Source of the DNA: Paraphysomonas bandaiensis
Taxonomy: Eukaryota; Protista; Chrysophyceae
Direction of reading: 5' to 3'
DNA: 64,000 nucleotides
NCBI GenBank assembly: GCA_965644295.1
Contig: CBFFRP010000263.1
Location: 496,001 to 560,000, forward strand
A model generated the notes under the pieces. The model saw only the letters and a program-made list of their open reading frames with translations. It did no database searches and was not told the DNA's origin. Every line of letters starts with the position of its first letter. The first letter of the stretch is position 1. The translations under genes and the position numbers were made by a program. This document shows, in pieces, positions 37,252 through 48,124 of this stretch.

Positions 37252-40200
37252 ATGATCAAATTGAAATTGGTGTTATTTTTGGTTTATTGTTTATTGTATT
37301 GTGATGGAGAGGATGAATTCACATGTCAGGGAAAGAATTATATCCAAGCACTTAATGCATGTCCTGATAGAGGGGCACAGCGGTTTAGTTCTGGTGGTAA
37401 TGTTACTGTACTTGTGAAGAGAATGAGGAATTTACCAGACAGAGATGTACTTGGGGCGTCAGCAGTTTCTGACCCGTATGTTCGGTTTATTGTGGGAGAA
37501 AACGTTAAACGTGAATCGAAAGTAGTTAAAGATGACCTCAGTCCGAAATGGAACCAGCTGGTTAATTTGGGACTACTCGGCTCCGCAACAGAAATTCAAG
37601 TTAGTGTGTGGGATGCTGATGTTGGACTAGAGTTTGGGGACGATCTTCTGGCAAAGACCTCGATGCGTGTGCCATTCTGCACCATGTTTAATGCGAGTTA
37701 TTCCGAGGTTGACTGCCCGCGTCCTTTTAATTGTAGGTCAGAAGACTCTCTGTGGCAAATGCCTGAGAGGAGACAGTGCCACGAGGTTGGAGAGTTAAAC
37801 TTCAAGCCATCTGTTCCATGTGATGAACCGGGGAGCCTTTGTTTAGAACTTGAGTTTTTTATTATTCCCTTTGAAATGAAAATGGAACTTGAGGTTGATG
37901 GTATGCTCGCTCGAACCCCACAAGTATCTGTAGCTGGAGACTTCTTTTCAAATGTGCAGTGGTCTGTTGATAATCGTTTTGGCTTCCCCTACCTTGCAGA
38001 TATTACGAACCGCTTTGATTTCAGAACTGATCAATTCAACCACATTGAGGGCGGGCTCATGTTCCGTACTCTTGAAAGCGATCGTCTGGCAGGAGAACCC
38101 AATGATATTCTCTTCTATGCAACATTAAACTTTCCCGCTTTTTTGTACATCTGTCGTGATATTGAAGACAACGCACTTGGTGTACCCAAGTGGATCAAAC
38201 AGGGTTACACCAGCAAGAATCTTTCAACCACAAAACTCATGTTTTTTGACCAGGATGTTGTCTTTGAATGTTTTTATAAGGCTGTAGATGGCACACGTAA
38301 AAACAGATGGGGTGGGATAAAGGGAGGTGCAATAACATTGCGCTCGAACACTATTCCTTACAACAAGAAAGTAGGCGAAGATGATATCGAGTATCAGAAT
38401 AACTACGTAGTCGTTGCCATTCCGCGAGTTATTTCCCCTCAGGTGGAAGACCTCTCAATTAATTACGATGCTGGTGCATTCATCACGAAATTATTTGAGC
38501 ACGGCGTAATATGGCTGTACTTTGTATGGTTGATTGCGAGTTTTCTCAAGCGGATTAACTATCGTATTGATAGAATCATGACATATTTGGTGTCTCAAGT
38601 GCTCACTGGTGAGAATAAAAATGTTGTGGCTACTCTGTTTGTTGCGTGTGAGAACCAGTCTCCTTGCAACGTGGAATACCGGTCTCACCTGTGTCATGCT
38701 AAGAATTCGATATACTTGATTATGTCTATCCCTTTTCTTCTATTGCTGTCTTGGGGGTTTAGTTGTGTGGCAAATGTTGAACCAACTGCTCTGGGATATG
38801 CAGTGTTTTTTTTGGGCAGTGCTACATTGATGGTAACCTACGGCGTGAAGTTATGGGAGTCTCGTCAGTGGCACATGTCTCCCTACTCATTGGTGTCTCT
38901 GATGATAGCTGTGGTGCTTTTTTTCTGTTTCATCATATCTGTTATATTTGCCGACCCAGCCGTCTATAAGTACGGCCATTCAGTCAATCTTTCTGCTCTA
39001 TCTGTAGTATTTGGGTGTATTAATACACTCCCTCTCTTCCTGCTCGTGTTCCATAGGGATAAAGCGTATAAAGTTAACTTGAGCGTTGTCGTGGAGAAAT
39101 TGACTGAGACAGTGTATAAGATAAAGTCAGAGAAAGGGGAAGGTATCAGCAAAAAGGCAAAGAAACCGCTTACCATCAATAAGGCTCTCCATGCCTTATT
39201 GGGAGATGCATATACTCTGAACCCTAATGTCCCACTGTTCAAATACGGAACCATTTTGATGGACACAACTTCAAGCTCCAAGACAGCTGCTGAGAAAGAT
39301 AAGACTGGCAAAAAGCTCACCTACACATCGCTGTTTATTCTTTTTGTATACTTCTGTATTGGTGTAACGGAGACAGATTATCCGTCTATTGTATTCCTTC
39401 ATTGCTGTGCTCTTGTCCTATTGGATTCAATCCATACTGCTATATCACATGGAGATGTAAAGTGGAGCACTGGGTATCATATATTTCTTATTGTCTGTGG
39501 TCGGTTGCTGATTATGTCCTCTACTCATCGGATGTGGATCTTGCATTACAGTCTTGCCTATCTAGTTTACTCTTTTGCCCTCAGTCAGGAGCTTATCAAT
39601 GCTTTCCTCCCAGCATTAAATAAACAACAGGCTGGGGAGGTGGCTTTTGCTGGCAAAGGAACTGAAGTAGAAAAAGCTAATCCTGATATTGCAGGATCTC
39701 CGCTCTTCTGTTTAGGCATGCTGACGTTTTCATTTATTACACTCTTACTGATTGCCGCATTCGCAAGGCCTGATGGTCTTCCCATCGCTTCAGTGGATGT
39801 GTGGGGTGCTCAGTGGTCCACTTACGTTTTTGGTCTACTTGCATTTCTAGTCGTGGTCGTGGGTGTTCTCATGACTGCCACAACTAGAGCATTCTACCTC
39901 CAGAAGCATGGATTGTTGCGAGGTTACGCTAGAGATAGCTATACTTTCGTTCCAGAGTTTAGACTTCCGATGCTTCTTGCTGTGTTCACCGAGGTGGCGA
40001 TTCTTGCATCTGGAGTGTTGATGTATGGTGCTACAGGGTCCAGTGTTGTGCTTACCATCGCCATATTTTTTCCGCCAATAGCTGTCTGTCTTGGGCATGC
40101 CTACAGAACATGGATTGAGAATGATTATGAACTCATTGTCTGGCCACCTGTTGAAGTAAAACCGGACAATGTTGATGATGCACCAAATGACTTGGAAGTT

Positions 40201-43200
40201 GCATTTCATATGATGGACAACATGTTCGGAGATGAGGCCAATGAAGGAGATATGTCATTGGAGGAGTTCCCGGAGACAGATGATCACCCACCTGAGAAAA
40301 CTCTCAAAGGTTTTGCACTCCCTTCTATGGAGGCATCTGGTAACGCTTTAGAAGGGGCAACTATAAAAATGCCTGCTCTGCCTCTGAAGAGTGCACTTCG
40401 TAAAAAACGGCAGAACATGGGAATTGCGACTGCAGGGGCACCTTTGGTAGATGATCTACGGGCCCGTGAGGGAGCCAATGCGGATGCATTTGGAGAAGGT
40501 GATGTCATTGACGCCAATGATCCGTGGGCACAGTTTGAGAATGATGACGAAGAAGAAGGCGACGAGGCGCTGGAATTGAATAAGGACAACAATAAAAAGA
40601 AGAAGCGAGACCCTGGGGAAAGGAGAGGAATTTTTGACAATGAATATTATCTCAGTGCCAAGAAAGCGTTTCTTGGAAATGTGCTGGGTGCCTATATTGC
40701 GAAGCAGTACACAGCATGCATTAAATTTCTTAAATCTCGCTCTCAGAAGTACAGCAAAGTTGGTTCTGATGATCAGGAGGATGCCGAAGTGGAGAAAGAG
40801 AAGGAGAAGGAGTCCAATGGCGTGGATGAATTCGGGATGCAGATAGAAGATAATGAAGCGGAAGAGACGGTGGAAGAAGATGCGGTGCTTGTTCCTATTA
40901 AGGTCTCTGAAATGGAATTCTGGAATGCAGCAGCCAATGGTTATCTCACACGCAATGAGTATATCGCTCTGGCATCCTGGTTCGGAGGCATGCTACTAAT
41001 AATGATATTCGGAATAGTTGTCGCAAAGACTGTTGTTCCTGGCTGGATGGGTCATGTTATTTGGGTTGCTGTTTGGATGTTGATATGTACTGCTGTTCCC
41101 TTGGTCAAGTATTTTAACACGTATGTTGTTGACGATACAATGAAGCAATTTGCTATTTTTCTGGCCCTGTTTCACACGATATTTTGCCTTTCATTTTTCA
41201 TTGCACAGCTTGATGCAGACGATGATATTGTGGCATCTCTCTGGATATTAGACTACTATTTCTATTATCCTATTGCTGTTTATTTAGCCTACGAGGCTTA
41301 CAAATGGAAGGATGATAACTGGATCATAGAAGCGCTTGATAAGGATGGTGACGGAGATGTGACGTGGCAGGAATATGTTGTCTACTTCCAGGCCTATCCT
41401 ATCATATTTGCCGCTCTAGTATTACTCGTTTTCCAGATGTATGTGTGGGTGGATGTGATTATGGGAAATATTGGTCTGCTGATGTTGTTGACAGCAATGG
41501 TTGGGTATGTATTTGCAAGAGATTGGGCAACGAATGACTTTTTCCTTTCTCCATTTTTGACGAAGTGCGGAGATTATATCCTGCAAAGTATATTAGTCAT
41601 AACATTTCTGACGAGTATTTTCTACCCTGAGAATCCCGCCTTCCCGTTGAGTGTGTTCTTTTTTACATTGGTGTTCCGTTGTGCCGCAAAGATTGGAGCT
41701 AGGTTGATAGTGATGGAGCCAGATACAATTGTCTTTTTGTCTCCATTTGTTATGCCAGTGTATACATATGACTCTCGCAACAACGACATAGTAAACGAAA
41801 ATGAGCTTGCAAAACAGATAGCAGGCGGCCTGTTAGCTGGTGCAATGTGGGGTACCAGTATGGCTGTATTTTTGTATCCTGTTAGTGTCGGAGTAGCAGT
41901 TGCCTGTGTCTTTTTGATGGTTATATCTGCTACTGTTGCTTTCGCTGTATCGTATGTGCCACTACAAATGGGTCGTCTAGCTGCCATGATGTCACCAGAC
42001 ACCATGATGAACGCGGTGAACGCCGCGCTTGAAAAGTTTGAGGAACGACGGAGTCCACTTGAGACTGAGATGGAAGGTTGGGAGGGTGCAGATGATAAAA
42101 ACGAGGATCCTTTCTTTGATGATGACGACAAGAAAGATAAGAAGAAGCACCGTACGGCTATAGAGCTGGCTTCGGAGCTAATTGATGACACTAGAGCAAT
42201 GCAATATGTCCGGGAAGATAAGCGTGCCAAGGTTGTGAACATTGATGACGAAGATGAGGAGGAGATACCGTGGTATAAGAAGTTGTGGACGCAAACTATG
42301 ACGCAAGTACAGTCGATAAGGGATTCTATCTTCCCTCCTGATCCGAATAAGGGTTTTAAAAAGCATAGTGAAAGCCTATTAACCACTACAGATATGATGG
42401 CTGAGGCAATTCTTACCGGTAGGGGACCATACGGTTTTATTGGACTGGAGGGCACGTGGTACAGACTGTTCAAAAAAGCTCAACACTCAGAACATCTCAA
42501 GTTTCTTAACCAGCCGTGGTTGAATGTGTACGATGAATATGGAAATCTTACCACTACCGCACAGCTGGTAGAATCCTTTGATACATCATTAACTCTTAAG
42601 CGCCAGGTTGAGTTGGATGGCCAGATAGACAACGTTCTTCACGAGGAAATGAGATGTGGGATTCACTTTTTGATGATGATAATTGTTGCAGCTGATGCCA
42701 AGCTCAACCGAGAGCAGATTCTGTTCCAAAAGTTCTTAAGAGAAAATAGGTTTCGTCTGGCATCAAACGGAATTTCTCCTCCACCGGAAATATTTACCAG
42801 TTCATCATATGCTAGTATTGATGTACCATTGGTTGCCGTTTGGCTTTCAACTCTTTCACAGGAAGAGCGAGAGAGATTCCACATGCTCAAACACACTTTT
42901 TCCGAGGAACAACTGCTTCGAGATGAACAGATTGATAACGAAGACTACAAGAAGGAACTGGAGGCGAATGGTTTGCTAAAAGAACGGGCCTTTAGAGACA
43001 CGGAGATGTTTCATAGAATTACTCACGAGATCCAATTACGCCAGGCAGAGCGAGTGAGAGCGTTCGTTGACCACTTACCTCCTCAAGATAAGCAAGTCTT
43101 CCTTTTCAACAAGGAGGAGTGGCTCACCAATGCTGATTGTTTTGTAAACCCCAAAGATATAGAGCTCTATGAGAAATTTAAAGCCGCGGTAATGCATGAC

Positions 43201-45036
43201 AATGATGAAAGCACTGAGTATGCTAGACAAGTTTTAGCAGACGTTGAGGCTGCCCGGCGTGACTGTCGCATTGGGGAGTTTGGCCGGAGTTATCAATTTG
43301 TAGACCCGGAGTTCAGTCCTGGAGATGCAAGTATCGGTGAGTGCGGTGGACAAAATGACATATCTATCTGGAAATGCGCACCGGGAATCAATGATACATG
43401 TCAGCTCTTTGACGAGGGTACCGATCCAGATGATGTGGAAGTTGGTGTTTTTCGGACGGAATGGCTTTTGTCTGCTATTAGTATGCTCGCGGCAGCGGGG
43501 GGAATTGGAGATGGTGGAGTGGATGAGCAGGTTTTGAATCTTTTTGTGGGTCATTATGCAATTGATGGTCAAATTACTTACCACACTGAGGTAGGTGCAT
43601 ACTGTGTGAGGCTTTTCAAAGGGGGCATTTGGGTTCCTCTGATTATAGATGATCTCTTTCCTACATTGAAGGACGACAAAGTAACGAACGAAAACCGTGG
43701 TATTGCTTGTGCACACTCGAAGGAGGTGTCTGAGCTGTGGGTATCTCTGATTGAGAAAGCATTTGCGAAGTACTACGGTTCGTATGCGGAAATAGAGAAA
43801 GGGTATGTGCACCATGCTCTCTCTGACATGACTGGATGCGAGGGGGAGTGTCTTCCACTCAATGGTTACTCCAGAGGACCTAAAAAGAGGGTTCTATGGG
43901 ACATGATGATGAGGTATCGTAAGAATGGATATATACTTGGAGCCGGCACGGGATCATCTGCATTGGCGGATAAAGGAATCATTGAGATGGGAATCGTGTT
44001 TGATGCTGCGTACACTATCTATGACGTGCGCCAGGTGGATGGATATCAACTCTTGAAGCTGCGCAATCCTCCTGGTGATCATGACGAGTGGAAAGGTGAT
44101 TGGAGTGATGAAAGTAGTCTTTGGACAAGAAGGTTAAAGAAGAAGCTCGGCTGGACTAATGCAGATGATAATACATTTTGGATGGCATTTGACGATTTCT
44201 GTAATGTTTTCCGTGAGTTGTACATCTGCAAATGGTACAATAAGAATCAGTGGCAGGAAGTTTCTCACAGTGGAGAGTGGAAAAAGTTAGACGACAAAGC
44301 AGATCAGGCGATTGATGAAGACGAGGAAGACGAGTTTGGTGAGGATGGTATCACACTTAAAAAGTCTAAAAACAATAATTTTCCCGATACTGCGGGTGGA
44401 TTACCATCGAAGCACAACCCTGGATGTGTACTGGAGAATAACCCTTACTATTCTCTTAAGATAGACCGCCCTACAGAGTTTAGGCTTACTTTGACTCAGG
44501 CAGATTCTCGTGGTGTGGCGCACGGGGATCCCCTTCCAGTTGCTATATATATATGTCGCAGTCCTCACCCCAAGGTTGCTCTAAGACTGAAGAAACTCAA
44601 TCGCGATGATATTGTCGCATACAGTGGTACGGCCAAGGCGGAGCGTACTATACATTTATACGCAACTCTGAAACCTGGGCTATATGTGGTTCTTGTCGGC
44701 ACCTACATTACTGGCATGGAGGGAAATTTTACTCTTACTATGCTCTCTAATTATAAAGTTAACCTGAATCAGCTTTGGCCACCTACATGGCTCGCTGATG
44801 GTCAGCCACTGAATCACGGTGCCATGCTCGACGGCCCTGACGATACACAGTACGAATCCCCATTTATAAAAGAGACAATCAATAGAGTGAGACAAACGTT
44901 TGCTCTTATGATTGGAACGGGCGAAAGGCCGAACGAGCGTGACGATATGTCTGAAGATGAAGAGCAGGTAGAGGATTTGACCCAGATAGAGGAAGATGCG
45001 CGGAAGTATCGCGAAGAGAATGAGGGGAATGTTTAG
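37252..45036 (+). CDS. DEK1-like large transmembrane calpain (signal peptide-C2-multi-TM-CysPc-domain III), predicted catalytically inactive
   Basis: Intronless 2,594-aa ORF. C2 domain (SDPYVRF..DDLSPKWNQ..VWDAD); about 20 or more TM segments; CysPc motifs FVDPEF, IIDDLFP, ELWVSLIEKAFAKYYGSY, LKLRNP, WKGDWSD, FWMAFDDF; calpain domain III (TAGG..ENNPYY..LKPGLYVVL). Confidence 0.92.
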   Translation: MIKLKLVLFLVYCLLYCDGEDEFTCQGKNYIQALNACPDRGAQRFSSGGNVTVLVKRMRNLPDRDVLGASAVSDPYVRFIVGENVKRESKVVKDDLSPKWNQLVNLGLLGSATEIQVSVWDADVGLEFGDDLLAKTSMRVPFCTMFNASYSEVDCPRPFNCRSEDSLWQMPERRQCHEVGELNFKPSVPCDEPGSLCLELEFFIIPFEMKMELEVDGMLARTPQVSVAGDFFSNVQWSVDNRFGFPYLADITNRFDFRTDQFNHIEGGLMFRTLESDRLAGEPNDILFYATLNFPAFLYICRDIEDNALGVPKWIKQGYTSKNLSTTKLMFFDQDVVFECFYKAVDGTRKNRWGGIKGGAITLRSNTIPYNKKVGEDDIEYQNNYVVVAIPRVISPQVEDLSINYDAGAFITKLFEHGVIWLYFVWLIASFLKRINYRIDRIMTYLVSQVLTGENKNVVATLFVACENQSPCNVEYRSHLCHAKNSIYLIMSIPFLLLLSWGFSCVANVEPTALGYAVFFLGSATLMVTYGVKLWESRQWHMSPYSLVSLMIAVVLFFCFIISVIFADPAVYKYGHSVNLSALSVVFGCINTLPLFLLVFHRDKAYKVNLSVVVEKLTETVYKIKSEKGEGISKKAKKPLTINKALHALLGDAYTLNPNVPLFKYGTILMDTTSSSKTAAEKDKTGKKLTYTSLFILFVYFCIGVTETDYPSIVFLHCCALVLLDSIHTAISHGDVKWSTGYHIFLIVCGRLLIMSSTHRMWILHYSLAYLVYSFALSQELINAFLPALNKQQAGEVAFAGKGTEVEKANPDIAGSPLFCLGMLTFSFITLLLIAAFARPDGLPIASVDVWGAQWSTYVFGLLAFLVVVVGVLMTATTRAFYLQKHGLLRGYARDSYTFVPEFRLPMLLAVFTEVAILASGVLMYGATGSSVVLTIAIFFPPIAVCLGHAYRTWIENDYELIVWPPVEVKPDNVDDAPNDLEVAFHMMDNMFGDEANEGDMSLEEFPETDDHPPEKTLKGFALPSMEASGNALEGATIKMPALPLKSALRKKRQNMGIATAGAPLVDDLRAREGANADAFGEGDVIDANDPWAQFENDDEEEGDEALELNKDNNKKKKRDPGERRGIFDNEYYLSAKKAFLGNVLGAYIAKQYTACIKFLKSRSQKYSKVGSDDQEDAEVEKEKEKESNGVDEFGMQIEDNEAEETVEEDAVLVPIKVSEMEFWNAAANGYLTRNEYIALASWFGGMLLIMIFGIVVAKTVVPGWMGHVIWVAVWMLICTAVPLVKYFNTYVVDDTMKQFAIFLALFHTIFCLSFFIAQLDADDDIVASLWILDYYFYYPIAVYLAYEAYKWKDDNWIIEALDKDGDGDVTWQEYVVYFQAYPIIFAALVLLVFQMYVWVDVIMGNIGLLMLLTAMVGYVFARDWATNDFFLSPFLTKCGDYILQSILVITFLTSIFYPENPAFPLSVFFFTLVFRCAAKIGARLIVMEPDTIVFLSPFVMPVYTYDSRNNDIVNENELAKQIAGGLLAGAMWGTSMAVFLYPVSVGVAVACVFLMVISATVAFAVSYVPLQMGRLAAMMSPDTMMNAVNAALEKFEERRSPLETEMEGWEGADDKNEDPFFDDDDKKDKKKHRTAIELASELIDDTRAMQYVREDKRAKVVNIDDEDEEEIPWYKKLWTQTMTQVQSIRDSIFPPDPNKGFKKHSESLLTTTDMMAEAILTGRGPYGFIGLEGTWYRLFKKAQHSEHLKFLNQPWLNVYDEYGNLTTTAQLVESFDTSLTLKRQVELDGQIDNVLHEEMRCGIHFLMMIIVAADAKLNREQILFQKFLRENRFRLASNGISPPPEIFTSSSYASIDVPLVAVWLSTLSQEERERFHMLKHTFSEEQLLRDEQIDNEDYKKELEANGLLKERAFRDTEMFHRITHEIQLRQAERVRAFVDHLPPQDKQVFLFNKEEWLTNADCFVNPKDIELYEKFKAAVMHDNDESTEYARQVLADVEAARRDCRIGEFGRSYQFVDPEFSPGDASIGECGGQNDISIWKCAPGINDTCQLFDEGTDPDDVEVGVFRTEWLLSAISMLAAAGGIGDGGVDEQVLNLFVGHYAIDGQITYHTEVGAYCVRLFKGGIWVPLIIDDLFPTLKDDKVTNENRGIACAHSKEVSELWVSLIEKAFAKYYGSYAEIEKGYVHHALSDMTGCEGECLPLNGYSRGPKKRVLWDMMMRYRKNGYILGAGTGSSALADKGIIEMGIVFDAAYTIYDVRQVDGYQLLKLRNPPGDHDEWKGDWSDESSLWTRRLKKKLGWTNADDNTFWMAFDDFCNVFRELYICKWYNKNQWQEVSHSGEWKKLDDKADQAIDEDEEDEFGEDGITLKKSKNNNFPDTAGGLPSKHNPGCVLENNPYYSLKIDRPTEFRLTLTQADSRGVAHGDPLPVAIYICRSPHPKVALRLKKLNRDDIVAYSGTAKAERTIHLYATLKPGLYVVLVGTYITGMEGNFTLTMLSNYKVNLNQLWPPTWLADGQPLNHGAMLDGPDDTQYESPFIKETINRVRQTFALMIGTGERPNERDDMSEDEEQVEDLTQIEEDARKYREENEGNV

Positions 45037-45498
45037 TTATATTTTATGTGTATGAATTATTAGTGCAATAATATATAAATAATCAATATCGATAGTAGTA
45101 CTTGAGAGAATAAGTTCTAATATTACAATATTGTGGGCACAGATTCTACCTGAGTATTCGCAGCTAATTACATTACTAGAAGTAGGAAACTAGACGCCAA
45201 ATAGATAAAAGTATGAATTGTTTCATTATGTCGGAATGTTCAATTACTCTAGGGTGTTATTCGTTACGGTTAGGTAATTAATTGTCAATTATTGAAATTC
45301 GATTAGGGTTAGGACATCAAGTCATAATTGAAATTATAATTGACTCCAGTTTGTTTAAATTAAAATACCACCTTTCTACACTTAAAAGTTGATAAAAAAG
45401 GCACTTTTTATTTCGAAAATCAAATTTTTAGGAAAAAATCGAAGATTGATAAAAAACTACAATATTCGGATAATCCCACAAAGTAATTCATTTACTTA

Positions 45499-48124
45499 TA
45501 TGGAAAGTCTTATTATTAGCAATAGGCGTTAAAAACCTGCACTAACTTAGTAGCTATATTATTGAATGTCTTTTTATTTAGCAATAGGCGTTAAAAACTC
45601 GTTCCGATATAGCGGCTAGTTGAATACTAGTCTACTAGTAAGCCTCTACCCATAACTAGTCAGCACAAATTCTATTATCCTACTATTTAACGCTACAGAA
45701 GCTGCTTGTGCGTCGCCGCAAGCACCAAGGTGCAACCACTTCCGTTCTTGATGTTGTGTGTGAGTTCGCCCTGCTCGTGTGTCTGGACTCACTGGCGCGT
45801 GTTGTCCGGGGGTCTCCCCTTGGGATACGGTTCCGCCTGGCTCTGAGGTACCGGGTTCTGTATTAAGGTCCTGAGTGTACCGAGCACTAGATGTGTGGAC
45901 TGAGAGGTTGATGGTGTGGTGGAATGTGGCGGTGTCGCCATGCACCGTTTGGGCGTTGGGCAGAGGAGGAGTTGCCGGAGACGTCGTCGCCTTTGTAAAG
46001 GACCTGTTGGTTTCATACGGTCCGGTGCTATGGTCCTTTGTGTATGGTTGGTAGGGTTCATAGGTGCGGTGGGCGGTGTTCCAGTCTCGGTTCGTCTGTG
46101 GATTCCTAGTAATCTTAGCACCCTTGGGCGTTTCCGTTTCTGTCTGTGTTTTGGACTCGGCCGCGGTAGTAGCCTTGGGGGGCCTTTCCGTAGGGTCACG
46201 TATCTTCTTCCGCGATCTTGGATCATGAGCTTTGCTGCAGCGAACAGCGGTAGCAGTAATTTGATGATCGCTGATTCAATGCTGCGCAGTCCTTGGGATG
46301 TCAGTGATTCATGGATGTGATCTCCAAAAACCATTTCAAGCTGTGTCATTGTGATGGTACCCGTCCAGAATCTCTCCACCTGTGGCACGGAAGGGTTCCA
46401 GGCCCTGCTGGAGAGTCGCTGGAGTACAGTGGTGGTCCATTGGGGTAGTTTCGGATTTCTCATTTCTTCTAGGAGCGCGTTTTTGTGGCTGTGAAATGCA
46501 GACTCCCTTATCTGCGTTATGGTGTCGTTTGTGCAGTCTAGACACATATATGCTTGAGTGAGTCTAGTCTAAATCCGCAGTCAGAGCATACGGCTTTAGC
46601 CATGTCGAGTCCGTGTTTGGTTTTCGCCCGGTTTCTTCCTATACTGAAGGATCTGTCCCATGTCAGTGCTGCATTGAGTACTCTTTGGCGCAGGTGGGAG
46701 CTCACTTTGTCCTTTGATGGTCCACCATCTGCTTGCGCCAGTTTGCGCGGAAGTAGTGCTCCGCTGTCTTTCCAGTATCCAGGAGCCCGGTCGGGATTGT
46801 GACCGTCGTAGCGTTGGTCTCGGAGAGCTGTGTAGGCCTCCAGCGTCCGTTGATTACGGAGGGAGTGGAAATCCGTGAGCAGGGGGCTAGTGCGATACGG
46901 CCGTCGTTCCCCAGTTAGGCGCCAGTGCCATAAACCCTCGGTGAGTATTCTCTCGATGGCTTGGTCCACTTCCATGTTACAGACAGTGTAATTTTGTCGT
47001 CCGAGTAGTCGATCTACCTCAAGCCAGTCCCCTCCTGCTACTGCGTCGGCAATGTAAATTCCTTTGTCTTCATATGTCCATTCAGACTCATCAGAGGTGC
47101 GTCGTTCGGGGTGTGATCGGACCCAGGCTACTGTCCTTGTGCAATCGTTATTTGACTGCAATGCTTTCGAGCAGTACACCTTTGGCACGATGCCCCAGTG
47201 CCCGACGTCTGGCGGAGAGTGCTTCGTGTGTGCGTTTGCAGACGGCCTTACAGTCCGTATTTATCGGTATGTGTGATGGGAGTCGCGCAGACAGTATAAG
47301 CGCCATTGCTGCTCCCATGAGCTCGTATGCATACGGGCCAAGTCCAGGCACGTCGCTGAAGGGTGTCTCTAATCGCAGTATTTTTGTTGTACCGTTCTTC
47401 CATTCATCCTCCGGGGGGAGCCACACTGCCGCCGCTCCTCCATAATGTGCCCATCTTGTACGTGGGTGTACATGCGTAATGCGGCGCGGGGATAGGGCTG
47501 TAGGCGTGTATGAGCCGTCCGTGAAGATTGCCTGATATGTATCCGCGTGTACATCATCCAGTCCTAATGTGCGGATAATGTTGGTCAGGGTGTTGGTATC
47601 TTGAGGTTCCGGAATGTCGGGTTGTTGGAGTGTGAGGCCAACCTCCGTACCCCATTCCCAACTTAGTAGCTAGATGAATGCTAGACAAACTAGTTAGACC
47701 TCTACCTGTAACTAATCAGTACACACTTTTTTTATCCTACTATTTAACGCTACGGAAGCTGCTTGTGCGTCGCCGCAAGCACCAAGGTGCGACCACTTCC
47801 GCTCTGAGTTCTTAAGGTGAACATCCCGGATGCTTGACTTCAGCAGGCAGCCCAATACCCCGGTTACCCTTCAGGTGGGCCCTGTCCCGGATGCCCTTGA
47901 GGTGGACCCATTCCCGGATGCCTGTTTATTCGTCAGGGCCCATAGACGTCTACACAAGTGATATTTATTAGTATCCCTTGTACCACACAAGCATTCGGCT
48001 ATGAGTGGGCAGAAGAATATCTGCTGACTATGTTTGCGGCTCACGTTAGTTTCCCAGAGAAGTAACTCCGGTACTTATCCCCCAGAACACCACGAAAAGG
48101 TGCGAGTCCGACTTTTTTTGAGGG
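45499..48124 (-). mobile_element. ~510-bp SINE-like element split by a nested LINE
   Basis: Flanked by a 14-bp TSD AATTCATTTACTTA (45485-45498 and 48125-48138). Removing the LINE and one copy of its TSD restores a tail collinear with 56390-56565. Confidence 0.85.
45557..47659 (-). mobile_element. 5'-truncated non-LTR retrotransposon (LINE) with RNase H and a C-terminal zinc finger; frameshifted
   Basis: IFTDGSY..AYELMG..INTDCKAV..WVRSH..IADAVA (RNase H), then CSDCGFRLDSLKHI/CLDC. 13-bp TSD AACTTAGTAGCTA (45544-45556 and 47660-47672). No RT domain retained. Confidence 0.85.

Noticed and set aside
45789-47557. Fanzor/TnpB with an omegaRNA-like 3' structure
   Set aside because: The motifs are retroelement RNase H plus a zinc finger, not RuvC. 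The 13-14-bp TSDs and 5' truncation indicate target-primed retrotransposition.
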